DNA of 62,844 nt, filler included, from Diploschistes diacapsis (Eukaryota): the NCBI GenBank assembly GCA_023645945.1. It is 8 parts of 8 records of this genome, joined end to end, with 100 filler letters (N's around TTAATTAATTAA, not from the genome) between each part and the next. Parts side by side here need not be neighbours in the genome. Positions count along the whole stretch, not along the records: positions 1 to 24,680 come from JALAIB010000233.1; 7 more parts are not named here. The stretch is one strand, 5' to 3'. The position numbers and the translations under genes are program-made. Numbering within the stretch: position 1 is the stretch's first letter; each line of letters opens with the position of its first letter. The notes under the pieces are model-generated. The model was not told the origin of the DNA. It was given only the letters and a program-made list of their open reading frames with translations, and searched no databases. This document shows positions 1-12,365 of this stretch, piece after piece.

Positions 1-39
1 TCGCGATCTTTAGAAACAAAGTTTCTATATTATTATAGA

Positions 40-209
40 TGTAACGCCCAAAGGTGCGCCCTGGGGTTCAGGTCCCCCCGCTGCCACAGCCACGCACCTA
101 CATATAGTGTAATAGGGAAACAGTGCTTCGGGGTTCCTGAAAGCATTGTGTTAGTCTTTTGGCTCAGTGGGATAGCGCTACCCTATTAGGCACTACCCCC
201 GCTGTTACA
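40..209 (+). mobile_element. Solo LTR (170 bp) of an LTR retrotransposon with 5-bp target-site duplication
   Basis: Starts TGTAAC and ends GTTACA; flanked on both sides by ATAGA (35-39 and 210-214). A reverse-complement partial copy lies at 60514-60599. Confidence 0.9.
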
Positions 210-1860
210 ATAGAACTTCTTTCTGAACAAAATACTTTTGATTCAGAATAATGTATAACTTCCCTTCTTACTTACAACCGTAGCTTTATATTTCTAAATT
301 GGCGAGGGCCATCCGTTTAGCTTTCATAACAACTCGTACAGGCGTGATAGGTGGGAGAGGACTGCCGAAAATGACAGTTTTAGAGTTCTCCCGATCATAA
401 GATCCCAGGGTCCCCTGCTTAAGCTCGATGGCCATAAAATTAATCAGCTTAGCGCTTTTATTAAATACCGAGGAATCTCTAGCCGCTGGCAAAGAAAGCT
501 ATTTGTTAGGAATTGCCGATCTACGCGCTTTATTTTCTGTTCGAAGTGGAAATAAGGTGACTAAATAGGCAAGTAATGACTAGAAAAATAATGCTAAGTA
601 CAATAGTAATGTATTACTACTGTAGGAGGTAGTGAATGAAGATAAAGATAGCGTTAGTAAAGATAAGAGGTGAGAGGTCTTTTATAGACACATTTCACCT
701 AACTAACGCCTAATGATTAATATACATTTAATCTCCGATAATGTTGGATTTATAATCCAACATCATGCGCCCCATAATCCAACATAATAGTGGATCTAAT
801 TTCCCCCTATCTCGTATCCATGGTCCTAGTATTATTAGATTATTAATCCAACATTTGGATTAATGATCTAATGATCTAGACCATCTGCAATCCCACCTAG
901 TAGTCCATAACTACTAGTAGGATGTTTGACTATAGTAGGATGTTCAACAGTTGTTAATGGCGTGTCCTGAAGGGTTAAAGAACCTTCAGGGTCCTACTAG
1001 TGTTAACTAGTCAGATAGACTAACCCATTTAGGTTAATAATCTGACAAATAACGATTAATTTCGAAGAATTATTGAAGATTTAAACTATTTCTTGGCATA
1101 AATGGCCGGAATCTGGGGGTGGCCGGAATCCCCGTCAAACACGTTAATATTCGAATTAAGTAATATTAATAATATCGGATTTGACGGGGTTTATCAGGTA
1201 TTATATATTGTCGCGAAAATACTAAGAATGACGTATTTATATTACGTAAGCGCGGATATTCGTGACGTGGGAGCTTTAGCGAGTTTTTAAAGCTAGTTAT
1301 CCCGCGCTAAATTAGCGGGTTTTTAATTTATGATTACGTAATAAAAATCATTGGCCTCGCCATCTTTGCCGGTTTCGCCAGTGTTGCCAAACGTTAACGT
1401 AATGGAGCTATAACGCTGCCGCTACAATGGTATAGTAATAACATGTTAATCGATGCCGTATTTTAAAATTTCATCTATTAAGCTCTGAATAAAGGCGGCA
1501 TGGTCGAATGTTGAAGATCACTACTGATGGACCTTTTCGAAGGTCTGTGTTTGATTCCTACTGCTGCCAACCTTCAATATTCTTTATGCTAGGCTTGATA
1601 ACCTGGTTTAGTCTTAAAGCAGTTCATGATTCTCGCCGAAGCGATCGGCATTCGGTATCGGCAAGGGTTTTGATTTGGATTAACACATCGATAGATAGGC
1701 GGAATAATAATAAACAATTTAATCACAGCTAAATAGTGTATATTAGGATGCTAATATAGCAGTATTTAAAGTGTTTATGTGGCAGTTTTTTTCCGAAGTT
1801 GCAGTTTTACAACATATATTGGGCTACAAACAACATGTTGGAAGCAATAATTCAGCTTTA
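210..1860. repeat. AT-rich, RIP-degraded transposon remnants
   Basis: TpA-rich and CpA/TpG-poor, no credible ORF, short repeated motifs (e.g. AATCCAACAT), embedded TIR fragments. Confidence 0.7.
1103..1144 (-). mobile_element. Terminal inverted repeat of a pogo/Fot1-like (Tc1/mariner) DNA transposon, probably the 5' end
   Basis: TGGCCGGAATCTGGGGGTGGCCGGAATCCCCGTCAAACACGT followed by TA. The same TIR with its internal direct repeat occurs at 56683-56726 and 59282-59325 next to DDE transposase remnants. Confidence 0.8.
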
Positions 1861-1862
1861 GC

Positions 1863-2048
1863 CAGTGTTACGACAGATCCGGATCTGAAGTGGATCCCAG
1901 ATCCAATTTGTTGAGTTTGCATTCGCCCCCACGGTGGTCAAAAAATGGCCCCAGCTGCTGGTACACCTGGGGCACAAATTACTTAAGGGCCAAAGCGGCG
2001 TAGCTTGGATCCCAGATCCAATTCAGATCCGGATCTGTTATAACACTG
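1863..2048. mobile_element. hAT-type MITE (186 bp)
   Basis: TIRs CAGTGTTACGACAGATCCGGATCTGAA and TTCAGATCCGGATCTGTTATAACACTG; 8-bp TSD GCTTTAGC (1855-1862) / GCTTCAGC (2049-2056); no coding capacity. Confidence 0.85.
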
Positions 2049-2492
2049 GCTTCAGCTAATAATCAAACCATTATCCCTGCTCTAACATCCAATTTTCAAT
2101 GATTTTGAGGGTAGTGGAGCTATTCGGATCTATTGAGTTTTGATATATTTTGTTATTAACGACCATCTATTGTAATCCTTATTTAGATATGCTCGAATAT
2201 TTGAATTCGTCGTTCTCCAATGTTAATCTGGTGCAACCACGCCAGACCACTTTTGGGGAGCCAGGCCAATCGCTAAACGGTTCTGTGCTTACAGGATGGG
2301 GAGAGCTCTTTCCGACAGGACACAACTTTGGTGGGAACTAAAATAATGAAGTTTAGTCCTAAGCGACAGCCACTATAGCTCATTTGGACAGGAGCGTGAG
2401 TTGAGCCTCAAGCCTTGCAATTTATCAAAATCGTCTGGCTTTATCACTTGCTGATATATTCAGGTCAAGGTAACAAAACCTGTACTCTGCTA

Positions 2493-4391
2493 TCATCGAA
2501 TGACTCCCCATCTCTCCATTTTCCCACCACCTTCGCTATCTACGCCATCCTTGTCTCTTTTACCAAAGCACTTCCAAAATCGCAGCGTCTCATCGCCGGC
2601 CCCCGTCACGACAGTCTGACCGTCAGGACTCATGGCGAGATACAACACTCGATAAGTATGGCCGGTTAGGCTAGCAACCTGCGCCATGCTTGGATACTTC
2701 CACACAACGATTTGGTTTTGACTGTAACCATGCGTACTTACTATCTCATTGCTGTTTTTGCTCCATGCCAGGTTACATACTTGCGATCCAGTGTCGATCT
2801 CTTGTACCATAGACCCAGTCGCAGTGTTCCAGAATTTGATGCGTCGATCTGCTGTCCCGCCACCAGAAGCCAGCAGCGAATGCTGATGAGGAGACCACGC
2901 GATAGCCTTGACAGCGGCATTATGCTCGCTAAATTTGAACAAAGGAGTCTCTCCCAATTGATCCCACACCATGAGCTTATTGTCATTACCTCCAGACGCT
3001 AGCTGACCATCCTCAGCATTCCACCGTAGGCCGCAAATCTCCTGTTTGTGGCCCACGAGCTTACGGAAGTATTGGTCGGCCTGACGTACATCACGGTGGT
3101 AAATCAGTCTATCCCTAGATCCAGAAGTGAGTATGTGATCGTTCCACGCAAGCGCACCAGCCCTGGCAGTATGACCAGTCATTGTCCTTAGCCGTCGACA
3201 CCTTTCAGCATCCCATATTTGTACCAAGCCTTTATTGGTGCCAATCGCTATGTGGGAGCCCCGTTGAATCCAGGAGACTGAGGTGACGGTATCGTCGGCA
3301 AGCTCACAGAGCTTGGTGACTCGCCCAGACATTGAATTCCACATGTAAACGCATTGTCCCAATCCAACGCCCAAGATGTTGCTACTTCCCCAGTCAACTA
3401 GGTTGAGATAAAAGTCATCTGCAAGTTCTGGCGCGTCCAAGACCTTGAACGGCACCTTACTCACGGCCCTTGGGGCTTTCCGCGGACTCAAAAGTAATCG
3501 TTGACTGTCCAGTCTGACTGGTGAGAGGCTGTATAAGTCTGATCGAGCGTTCATATTCGGGCCATGCCTGCTTTGTGGCGTACGTGATGGCGTAGGTTGA
3601 CCAGAGAAATTCACGTTATGTCTTGGTGATATGTAAGAAAAGAGGTTCTTGTGCGGTGTAGAGGGCGTGAGGCTGGCGGGCGGTAAAGCTGACGGCGAGA
3701 CATTTGTGGGTGGTGTTCTCGAGCCAGACATTTCGTGAACCGCATTAGATTGGATCGAACTGCGCCGCGGTGGGTCAGGGGACAGAGATGGTGGCGTCGG
3801 TTGAGGTATGGAGGTATCGAATAGCTCAGAGCGGAGTAGTTTTGAAAATGTTCGGTTGGCCTCCTCGGCTGGAAATAATTAGAGCTATTCCTCAAACAGC
3901 AATTACTGCACTTACTTCTTTGGAAATGAAGCTCACCATTGGCCGGTCGTCGCTTTCCCTTCGACGGTGAGCTTGGAGACATCTCATCATGAAGTAAGCT
4001 GAAACTGGCTTGCAAGTCTTGCCCCTCTCGGTTTGGGATGAAGCTATGGGCTATGGTAAGCCCCTTTTCGAAAAACAATATATGGGTGGGCTGAATATGT
4101 GCGAAATTCGAGGCTTGCGCAGACTTGTAAGGGCTGTACTTACCGATCACCATATATCCGTTGTCTCTTCCTACTCGGACTTCCAGTGGGTGTCTTCTCT
4201 CTTGTGTAGCTAGCCTCTTTGAACTCTTGCAGCGCCTTGCTCAACGACTCTGCATCCACGGCCTCTGATCCACCACTTTCTAGACCTCTTCCCACGGTAC
4301 CATTGGAGTGGGCACGTTTTGAGCCATGCGCAAGCGGAGGTGTCGGGCCTTCGGTTGATGAAATTATGTTTGATGCATCCTGGCGGTCCAT
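2493..4391 (-). CDS. CDH1: APC/C activator Cdh1/Fizzy-related WD40 protein (3 exons)
   Basis: C-box DRFIPNR reconstructed across intron 4143-4044; VLDAPELADDFYLNLVDW motif; WD40 repeats; C-terminal IR tail (WGVIR). Confidence 0.95.
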
Positions 4392-5272
4392 GTGATCATG
4401 CCAAAACGGCGTGCTAGATCAGGGCAATCCTGCAATAGAGTGGCTTGAAAATCACTTGTAGTGTTGCTCAGGTCGATCGATAGATGTTGGCTACTGATCA
4501 TAAAACCACTTTGGTAAATGCAATCATATCCCAAGGATTGCTTTTCCTATCGGACATGGACACTGGATGTCGGGTAGCAACAAACTGCTGGACCACCACC
4601 AATATTCTGAATAGCTTAACCAAGACACGAGTATCTGGACGAACTGTATGCTTTAGATTGGAATGTCTGGCGCGCGGCCCTGCCACAGAATGGCTTTCGA
4701 ATTGGGGATTTGTGGAGAGATGTATTATATGGTTACCGGCTTTCAACGGGTTCTTGGGTGAAAAAGATGTTTTCTCAACGGTATGGCAAATAACTGAGGG
4801 TAGTTTAGAAAGCTCCAAAGGATTAGATATCTGGAAAGAGTTTGTATGATATGAGGTAACTGTCAATTGAATAATGTAAAGTGAAATTTCCCGACTCTAG
4901 CTTCAGTTAATGATCAAAATGCAAGTCGCGCCTTACCGTCTACTTGTTTTGTTTTGAAATGCGCATTTTCTGAGCCGCTACCAAAAGAGTATCTGCTACG
5001 ATTGGATAAGAACGCTCCTTTACCTGAATCCTTACTAGACCTTTGTACATTACCAAGCGCCTTTAGATGACCGTACCTGAGTTGCGTGCCCGTGGACCCT
5101 GTTCCCGCCTGTATACATATTTGTATGTCTGCGTCCAATGCCTATACTTCTTACCCAAGTGCAAGTAACATTAAATTGTGGCATCCAACCTATCCAGCTT
5201 TCCTTAGCCTTGCGCGCTTCTTCTCTTATAAGGGAACTCTCTTCCCGTTCCAAAAGTCGGTCCTACGGTAGT

Positions 5273-7622
5273 ATGGCACCTTCGGCTCAGCCAGGTCTTG
5301 ATTTCATTTCCTTCGTGAACAGTTCACCTTCCCCCTACCATGCTGTGCACGAGATACGTCAACGGCTAGAGAAAGCCGGCTTTCAACAGCTTCTCGAGCG
5401 GGATGACTGGTCAGAAAAATGCATCCCAGGCGGAAAGTATTTTATCACGAGAAATGCTTCTACAATCGCTGCATGGGTACGTTGATTAGATTCGGACATT
5501 GTTCGAGGGTCATTTCCAAACGGACATAGCGGCAAGTGCTAAGCATTGAAAAGGCTGTCGGTTCAAAGTGGAATCCAGGCGGACCTTTCGCCATGATCGG
5601 AGCCCAGTATGTCGTCTGGACTAAGTTTTGGTTACTCTTTTAATGGGAGAGCACAGTACGGACTCTCCGTGCTTGCGGATCAAGCCAGTTTCTCAATGCA
5701 AGAGTGAAGGTTTCTTACAGTAAGTTGACAGGCTATTTTAGTAACTGTTTAATCGGTTAAAGCTCTGGGATACTCAAGGGACGGGCTTTGCAGTGGCCTT
5801 GAGCATTTACTTGGGTTGTACGGTCTTGATATTGCGTCCTGAATCAGTTTGAGACTATCAAGCAACATTAGATTTCGTGCTGGCATCTTGACTCCCTAAC
5901 TGACATGTCTGTAGGGTGCGTTAATGGTCATATCTCCAAACCTAGAGACGGGAACGAATGATGCACTTTGGCCCATCCTCTTCCACTGCTCAGTGGACCA
6001 TTTGACTATCCGACAACTTGGAAGCATAATTGGCTGACATGAACCTAGGTTGGAGTAGAAACATAGTATGTTTACAATTAACTTTATGTCGGAATTGACT
6101 CATTTTCCATAGTGGTGGTGGATTATGGCACACTTGGTATGTTGCAACGGTTCGATTACAAACGTTATCGGAGCTGATAACTCTTTTATACAGGTTCGAC
6201 CGTGACTTGGGGGTGGCAGGAAGGGCAATGATCGAGTCAAAAAAGGGCGACATTACGCACAAACTTGTCAAGCTTGCAAAGCCCATCCTTCGAATTCCAA
6301 CACTAGCGATTCACCTTGACCGCCAGGAAAAGTTTGAGTTCAACAAGGAGACACAGTTGTTCCCAATTGCGGGAATGGTCGCCGCAGAGCTTGAAAGACA
6401 AGGCCTTTCTACGGCTCCTGGTTCAGCTTTGGAAAAGCAGTCTACTGGACCAAAGGAAGAAGACAGTGTCTTCGAACCTCTCAAGCCCTTAGAGGAGCGT
6501 CATCACCCACGTTTAGTAAGGAGTCTTTCTCTTCCTGGAGTCACACCCAGAACATTCCAGTGGCATACGTAACTTCTGCCCAGACGTCTTGGCTTGTGGA
6601 TTCACACTGCTGCCCCCCCATAACTATAGCTTGGCGATGGCTAACAACATTATCGCAGATTGAATTAATCGCAGACGACGCGGGTGTTGCTGCGAATCAA
6701 ATCCGAGACTTTGAACTGGTAGCGAAAACCTTTCATATCCTATGCTGTTTACATATCGGCTGAACGCATTAGGTCCTCTACGACACACAGAAAGCGTGCA
6801 GGGGGGGCTTGAATGATGAGTTGATCTACTCGGCCCGCTTGGACAACCTCGAAATGTCATATTGCAGTGTGGAGGCCCTGATAGACTCCGTACAGTCCTC
6901 TGATCTGGATAACGACCACTGTATTCGATTGATTGCTTTATTTGACCATGAAGAAGTAGGCTCGATGAGTGCACAAGGTGCTCAATCCAACCTTCTGCCA
7001 ACTCTCATTCGCCGTCTGTCCATTCTGCCTGGGAGCGCTTCAGGCAATAAGAAAGTAGCTGGCGACCCTGCCGCATATGAACGCTCGCTTTCGACTTCTT
7101 TCCTGATCTCAGCTGACATGGCACACTCTGTTAATCCGAACTATGCTGGTACTTAGGTCTACACCCTTTAGCAAAGTTGTTTACTTATCATAATTGATGT
7201 TGCAGGAAAATACGAAGCAAAGCACAGGCCTGTAATCAATCAAGGCACCGTGTTAAAGATCAACGCAAACCAGCGCTACACGACCAATTCGCCAGGAATT
7301 GTCCTATTGGAGGAGATTGCTCGTTCTGCGAAAGTGCCTTTACAACCTTTTGTAGTCTCTAACATCAGCCCATGTGGATCAACGATTGGACCAATGCTTT
7401 CTTCAGCTCTTGGGGTCCGCACACTGGTCAGTTCCCATTCCATGAGAGTATCAATGACTTGCTTACGTTCAACATCAGGATCTTGGTAATCCTCAACTGA
7501 GTATGCATAGCATTAGAGAGACTGGAGGCTTGTATGATGTGGATCACGCAATAAAGCTATTCAAGAGTTTTTTTGTGCAGTACCCAGCCTTAGAAAACAA
7601 GATTTTTGTCGACAACATTTAG
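5273..7622 (+). CDS. APE4: Aspartyl aminopeptidase (M18 family), multi-exon with micro-exons
   Basis: Spliced motifs SPSPYHAV, GAHTDSPCLRIKP, VGVETYGGGLWHTWFDRDL, IPTLAIHL, SARLDNL, FDHEEVGS, SADMAH, PCGSTIGP, QLSMHSIRE; stop TAG at 7620-7622. Confidence 0.93.
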
Positions 7623-8063
7623 CCACCATATCAGGAAAGATTAGCTTGAGCCTGAAATTTAGAAGTGTGAAGCAACATTTTTTCGAAGCTTTCCATTACA
7701 ACATTACAGACAATGCCTAGAGCATTAAGAGATTGTTTCACTAGCAGTAAGCTGCCTACAAAGCTTCTCACTTTCCTCTTCCATTCTGATCCTGCGGGTA
7801 TGCTTGGCAGGAGAAGTCCCACGACTGAATGGAACACTGGGGATACTTTCAGTTGTAGCAGATTTCTCGGCCTTCTAAATAAATCTGGCGTTTGAACCAA
7901 TTCTCTCTTGGGTATAACGTTGGTGTGTATTGATCCCTTGGAGGCGGGCATCTTTAGACTCGGAGTGATGGGGTACTCCACGAAATCAGCTATCTGGAGA
8001 CTCAAATTGGTCATATATGTCTCTACAACTAATTTCACATTCGAATCCCATGGCTTCTTCCCT

Positions 8064-9285
8064 TTAGGAAGGGACGATAAGAAGGTCTCCTAGCTTATCT
8101 GCCCAGAACATGGGTTTAATAGGGGCATCCTCTTTGTCCCACTCCTCTCGTTTACTCACTCCGGTCAGAACTGCCAATGTGCCTCCAAGGCCGCCTTCGT
8201 TTCCGAAGCAGATGTCCGTGTTAAGCCTATCGCCAACCATGCACGCACGCTTGCGATCAAATGCGAATTTTCCTTCTATCGCGTCCATCATAGCCTGACT
8301 GGGCTTCCCACAGCGTATTGGTTCTTTCCCTGTCATTAGGGTCAGAGGCGCTGCGATAGTGCCAGCTCCAGGAAACAAGGCGTGCGCATTAGGCAGAGTG
8401 CTATCGACGTTCGTTGCTAGGAATTTTGCCCCCCGCTGAAGGTACGCGAAAGCGAGAGAAAGCTTGAGGTAGTTAATATGGAAGTCCAGGCCAGCAAGAA
8501 CAACGCCAACTTCTGGATCGAGCGCTTCTCCAGATGCGATAGAAGTAAAGTCCGATGGCTCTATTTCCCTACGGAGAGAGGGATCTGTACCACCCACAAA
8601 AGGCACGTTCTCTGACGCCAGCTCCGTTTCGATTCCGGATTCACCGAGCACGAAGACTTTACTCCTTCCATCCGGTAGAGTCAGGATCCGGGAAATGTAG
8701 ATTGCTGCAGAGTACGACGATCCGAACACTTCATCCTGCATCAAGGTTCTAGGTCAACTTTGCCAGTGGCCAAGAGCTCTCCAAACCTCTGTTGCTGGGA
8801 TGCCCATCTTCTGTAACTTCTGCCTGTAGTCTCCTCTTGACTTTGTGCTGTTGTTTGTTACAAATACAATTTGCTTTCCTGTATTGGCGGGGAACGCCAC
8901 GCCTTAGTAACTCGTGTCGCGTCAGAGAATGGTGTTTTGGGTATACCATTCCTTCTTAGCATTTCCAAAACCTCAACAACACCCTCGAGGAGGGAATCGC
9001 CTGACCAGAGAACGCCTTTGATGGTGGCAATTAATCAGCCGTAGTCCCATGGCTCCATAGTTAGAGTGTGCTTGGTGGTTCTATTGAATGGACCTCCACT
9101 TGATCACGCACCATCACAGTCGAACAAGAAGACCTGAATACCTCAGTTAATCGTGTGTAGCCCAGTGAGCTAGCTTTTATGAAAAACCAGGCGTCCTGAA
9201 GCCTTGGAATCTGACTTACATCAAAGCTATCGATGAACCTTTTGATACCTTCCGGATCGCCCGTTAGTCTTCTTGGGACTATCAT
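8064..9285 (-). CDS. PHO13: HAD IIA phosphatase (4-nitrophenylphosphatase / phosphoglycolate phosphatase-like), multi-exon
   Basis: Spliced FDVFLFDCDGVLW, FVTNNS, FLATN, GKPS and MVGDRLNTDI motifs; ATG at 9285. Confidence 0.9.
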
Positions 9286-9577
9286 TGCGGCTCGATCCAA
9301 TAGGTGTGGGTGGTGGGGAATGAGGAAGCACGCGATTGACTCTATCTTAAGCTGTTCGTTTCAGCCGGAGATGCTCCTCTGCCTTTCTTTGGGTGTTCCC
9401 GTAACGGTAAAGTACGGAACAAGAGGCACACTGTAATACAAGATAAGCTTAAAGGAATGCAATACCGTGATTTAAGAGACGAGGTTGAGTTGGGCACAGT
9501 ACAGTATGATAATATTAAAGAAAAGCCTTTATCACTTAATGAGTTAAGCTCATGCATCTAAAATGCTTAATTACGAT

Positions 9578-11087
9578 TTACAAAACAAGTTTGCCTGGAT
9601 CAACTTGCAATATCGTCTTCATTCTTTCGAGGAAGACCCTTCCACGTATTTTGTCTGTTTGCGACACCACAAGGGAAAAAGAACTAAGTGGTACGGCTTC
9701 TGAAGGTACTCGTGGCCTGGGAGACGGTAAAATCTGGCTCTTTGCTCTGGTTCCAGTCAACACATCGATAATATTCAAACACTCCTTATGAGAGGGCTTG
9801 GCAGGGCCTGAGAAGGTAGGCAAAGCAATGACCTGAGGGTTGAAACTTCCGTGTGAGTGTTTTGCTCCTACTTTACTCAAGCCTAGAACCTGATCAAACA
9901 ATTCGTCAGCGGTTGGCGGAGTGTTCGGCCGTGGCAGATCAGTGTTGGAAATCTCTGCGGCTCGAGCGATGAAGGTCGCCAGCGATACGTCAATGCCTAG
10001 CGCATCATGTACCCTTTGTTGAACTTTCTTAACAGCTGCGAAGGAGATAGGGATGGTAATTTCGGTTCTGGTCTCAATCTGCTTTAACGGCGTCTCTTTT
10101 TCCGAGGGAATTGAAGGGCTAGGCTGTCTGGCTGTCGTGCGATTAATGTTGGTGAGATTCAGATGACTAAGCTTTGCAAGCCGATCGGACTGTTCTCGTG
10201 GATAAGTGGATTCGATTGCTCCAAGATAGGCAAGGACATCGCCCTTAAGCAGACGGCCACCAGGGCCTGTCGCTGGAATCTTGCCCGCCGTTTTAGCGTC
10301 CAACCCGTTCTGGTGGAGTAACTGGATCACAGAAGGGTATAGTGGATAAACTCTTTTATGGCCTGTCGGAAAGGTTCGTTTGTCAGACTCTGCGCTGAGG
10401 TCTGACCTAAAGTTTATATCGCCAGCAGGTAGTGATGATTTTGCAGCTGACGATTTGGCTGACCCGGAGTAAGAAGTTGACTCCGCCTTGGGAGGTGACG
10501 CTTCTGTTGAACCCAAGGGTTCTGATTTGGCTGGAGAAGGTGAGGAGTTGTCTGTCGGAAGCTGTAATGTACCCAAATCGTCATCGGGCTCCGCAAAGAC
10601 TGCTATTCTTGTCCCGACTTTAATTCCTTTCGAGCCATCCGGCTGCTAAAACTGTCCATCAACGAAGTTACATTTTCCTTCCTTAAGTCACATACCATTA
10701 TCTTCGCCATGACTCCATCGTCCTGAGCTTCGACATCCATTTGGGCCTTGTCTGTTTCTATTTCCAAGAGAACGTCTCCAGCCGTGAAGGACTGGCCTGT
10801 TTTCCATGCATAAGTCAAGGGAATACACCATATCGATTTGAACAATCTTGCCTTCCTTGACTTTCCAAGCTGCAATATTACCCTCCGTCATAGTCGGAGA
10901 CATTGCAGGCATTGCAAAACTTTGCGCTGCACATCGATTTGTATAACGGTGAAACTCTGGGAAGAATTAGTTAATTATAGAGAAATCCAAAGTGACTGTA
11001 AAACATACGTCTGGTGGGAACACATGTTTGGCATGCATGTGTAGATTTCCTAATAGTTCCACGAAAAGGTGAGAGTGCCCAAGCCAT
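9578..11087 (-). CDS. PDX1: Pyruvate dehydrogenase complex protein X (E3-binding protein), mitochondrial
   Basis: Lipoyl domain [16 protein letters not shown]...[14 protein letters not shown]3-binding motif [16 protein letters not shown]; no E2 catalytic domain; basic presequence from ATG 11087. Confidence 0.9.
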
Positions 11088-11342
11088 TGCAGGCTAAGTC
11101 TATCACCTCGGATGGACCACAAAGTAAATGAAGCCGTAGCTATCGTATGTCGGACAATTTGCGTAACTGTCTACCTGTAAGTAATCATACCAAGACATTG
11201 CCCAACGCAAAGAGAACCATACGCATAAGAGAGACAGATCTAGGAGCAAGCCGGCAATACTTTTTTCCAGGTGTAATAGTGCTTATACGGATTTCAACTG
11301 TACAAGTAGCATTTTTTGTACATCAACTTCAACACTTTACCA

Positions 11343-12365
11343 ATGATCATACCCTCGTTTGCATACGGTAGGTCCTTTAGGATTGGAAGCTTCCTTAATC
11401 TCAGAACATCGATACATAGATCGACCAAGTTGCGGAAGTTTCATATTCACCGACCTTTCATTCGTCCTCGAGGAAGACCGATTTCTACGTCCCTTAATGT
11501 CATTGACCATGGCACCATAAGATATAGAAGCTCAAAAGTTCTCACCACAGAACCCACTCATCGAGGAGTATTCAGGCCTACAACAAACCGATATGCTCTA
11601 AAGTCTTCCCCTACACTTTTGTATCAAGCCCCTTCACCCTTCTGGTACAGGACTGGATGTCTGTTGATCTCAGTTTTCTGCTTCACTTGGGCGTCAGTAG
11701 GCACTGCTCTTCTTTCTTCTGATTATGTTGACCAATTCCTATTGACAGCGGTCTCAATCTCTGGAATGTTGTGCTATATCCTCTCCAGACCCATAGCCCT
11801 TTCGTCCATTATGCTACTGGTGGTGTATGCCTATTCATGGCTTCGATTGGATCACTATTCGTGTACAAGGTATTTGCTTTTCATATTACAGTTATAGTCA
11901 CTACCTAATAGCATGTAGGCGCTTCGTTTTGTACGCACGGTTGCTGCTGTTCCCTTTACCAAAGCTTCCGGGGGCAGAGACCTGTTGCTCAGAATCGAAA
12001 GGACACCTGTTTTGCCAGGCTTGCGGTCCAAGCCCATTCTAATCTCATGTGGTTCTGTAAGCCTTTCTGCCAAGCTTTTCGCGCCAGCAAAGGAATTATC
12101 GATGGCCGATAGGGTGGAGAGGCAACGCCAACAAAGGCTAGAACATGAGTTCCTAGCATCCAGACGACTTACACTCCCCTTCAGACAAGCAGGTTATTGG
12201 ACTCGACGCAGCTTTGAAGGCTTCCAAGGTATTATGTTTGATCAACATTACCTGTTTCTAAAGTGTAAGGGACATTTTGGGACCTGGAAAATGGATCGAA
12301 ATCCTGCCTGGGCGCTTGAGGACGGCCGCGCTCTAGACAGCCTTGTTAAGCATGGCTTGGGCTAG
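11343..12365 (+). CDS. Hypothetical fungal membrane protein, probably mitochondrial
   Basis: Arg-rich, acid-poor N-terminus, then LLYQAP followed by hydrophobic segments; ORF pieces 11316-11897 and 11985-12365 separated by intron-like sequence. Exon borders are uncertain. Confidence 0.6.

Noticed and set aside
286..492. 68-aa ORF in the left repeat region
   Set aside because: Non-ATG start inside RIP-degraded sequence; could not be assigned to a TE protein.
4484..4866. Overlapping 121/122-aa ORFs between CDH1 and APE4
   Set aside because: No motif; they lie in the CDH1 5' leader or divergent promoter region.
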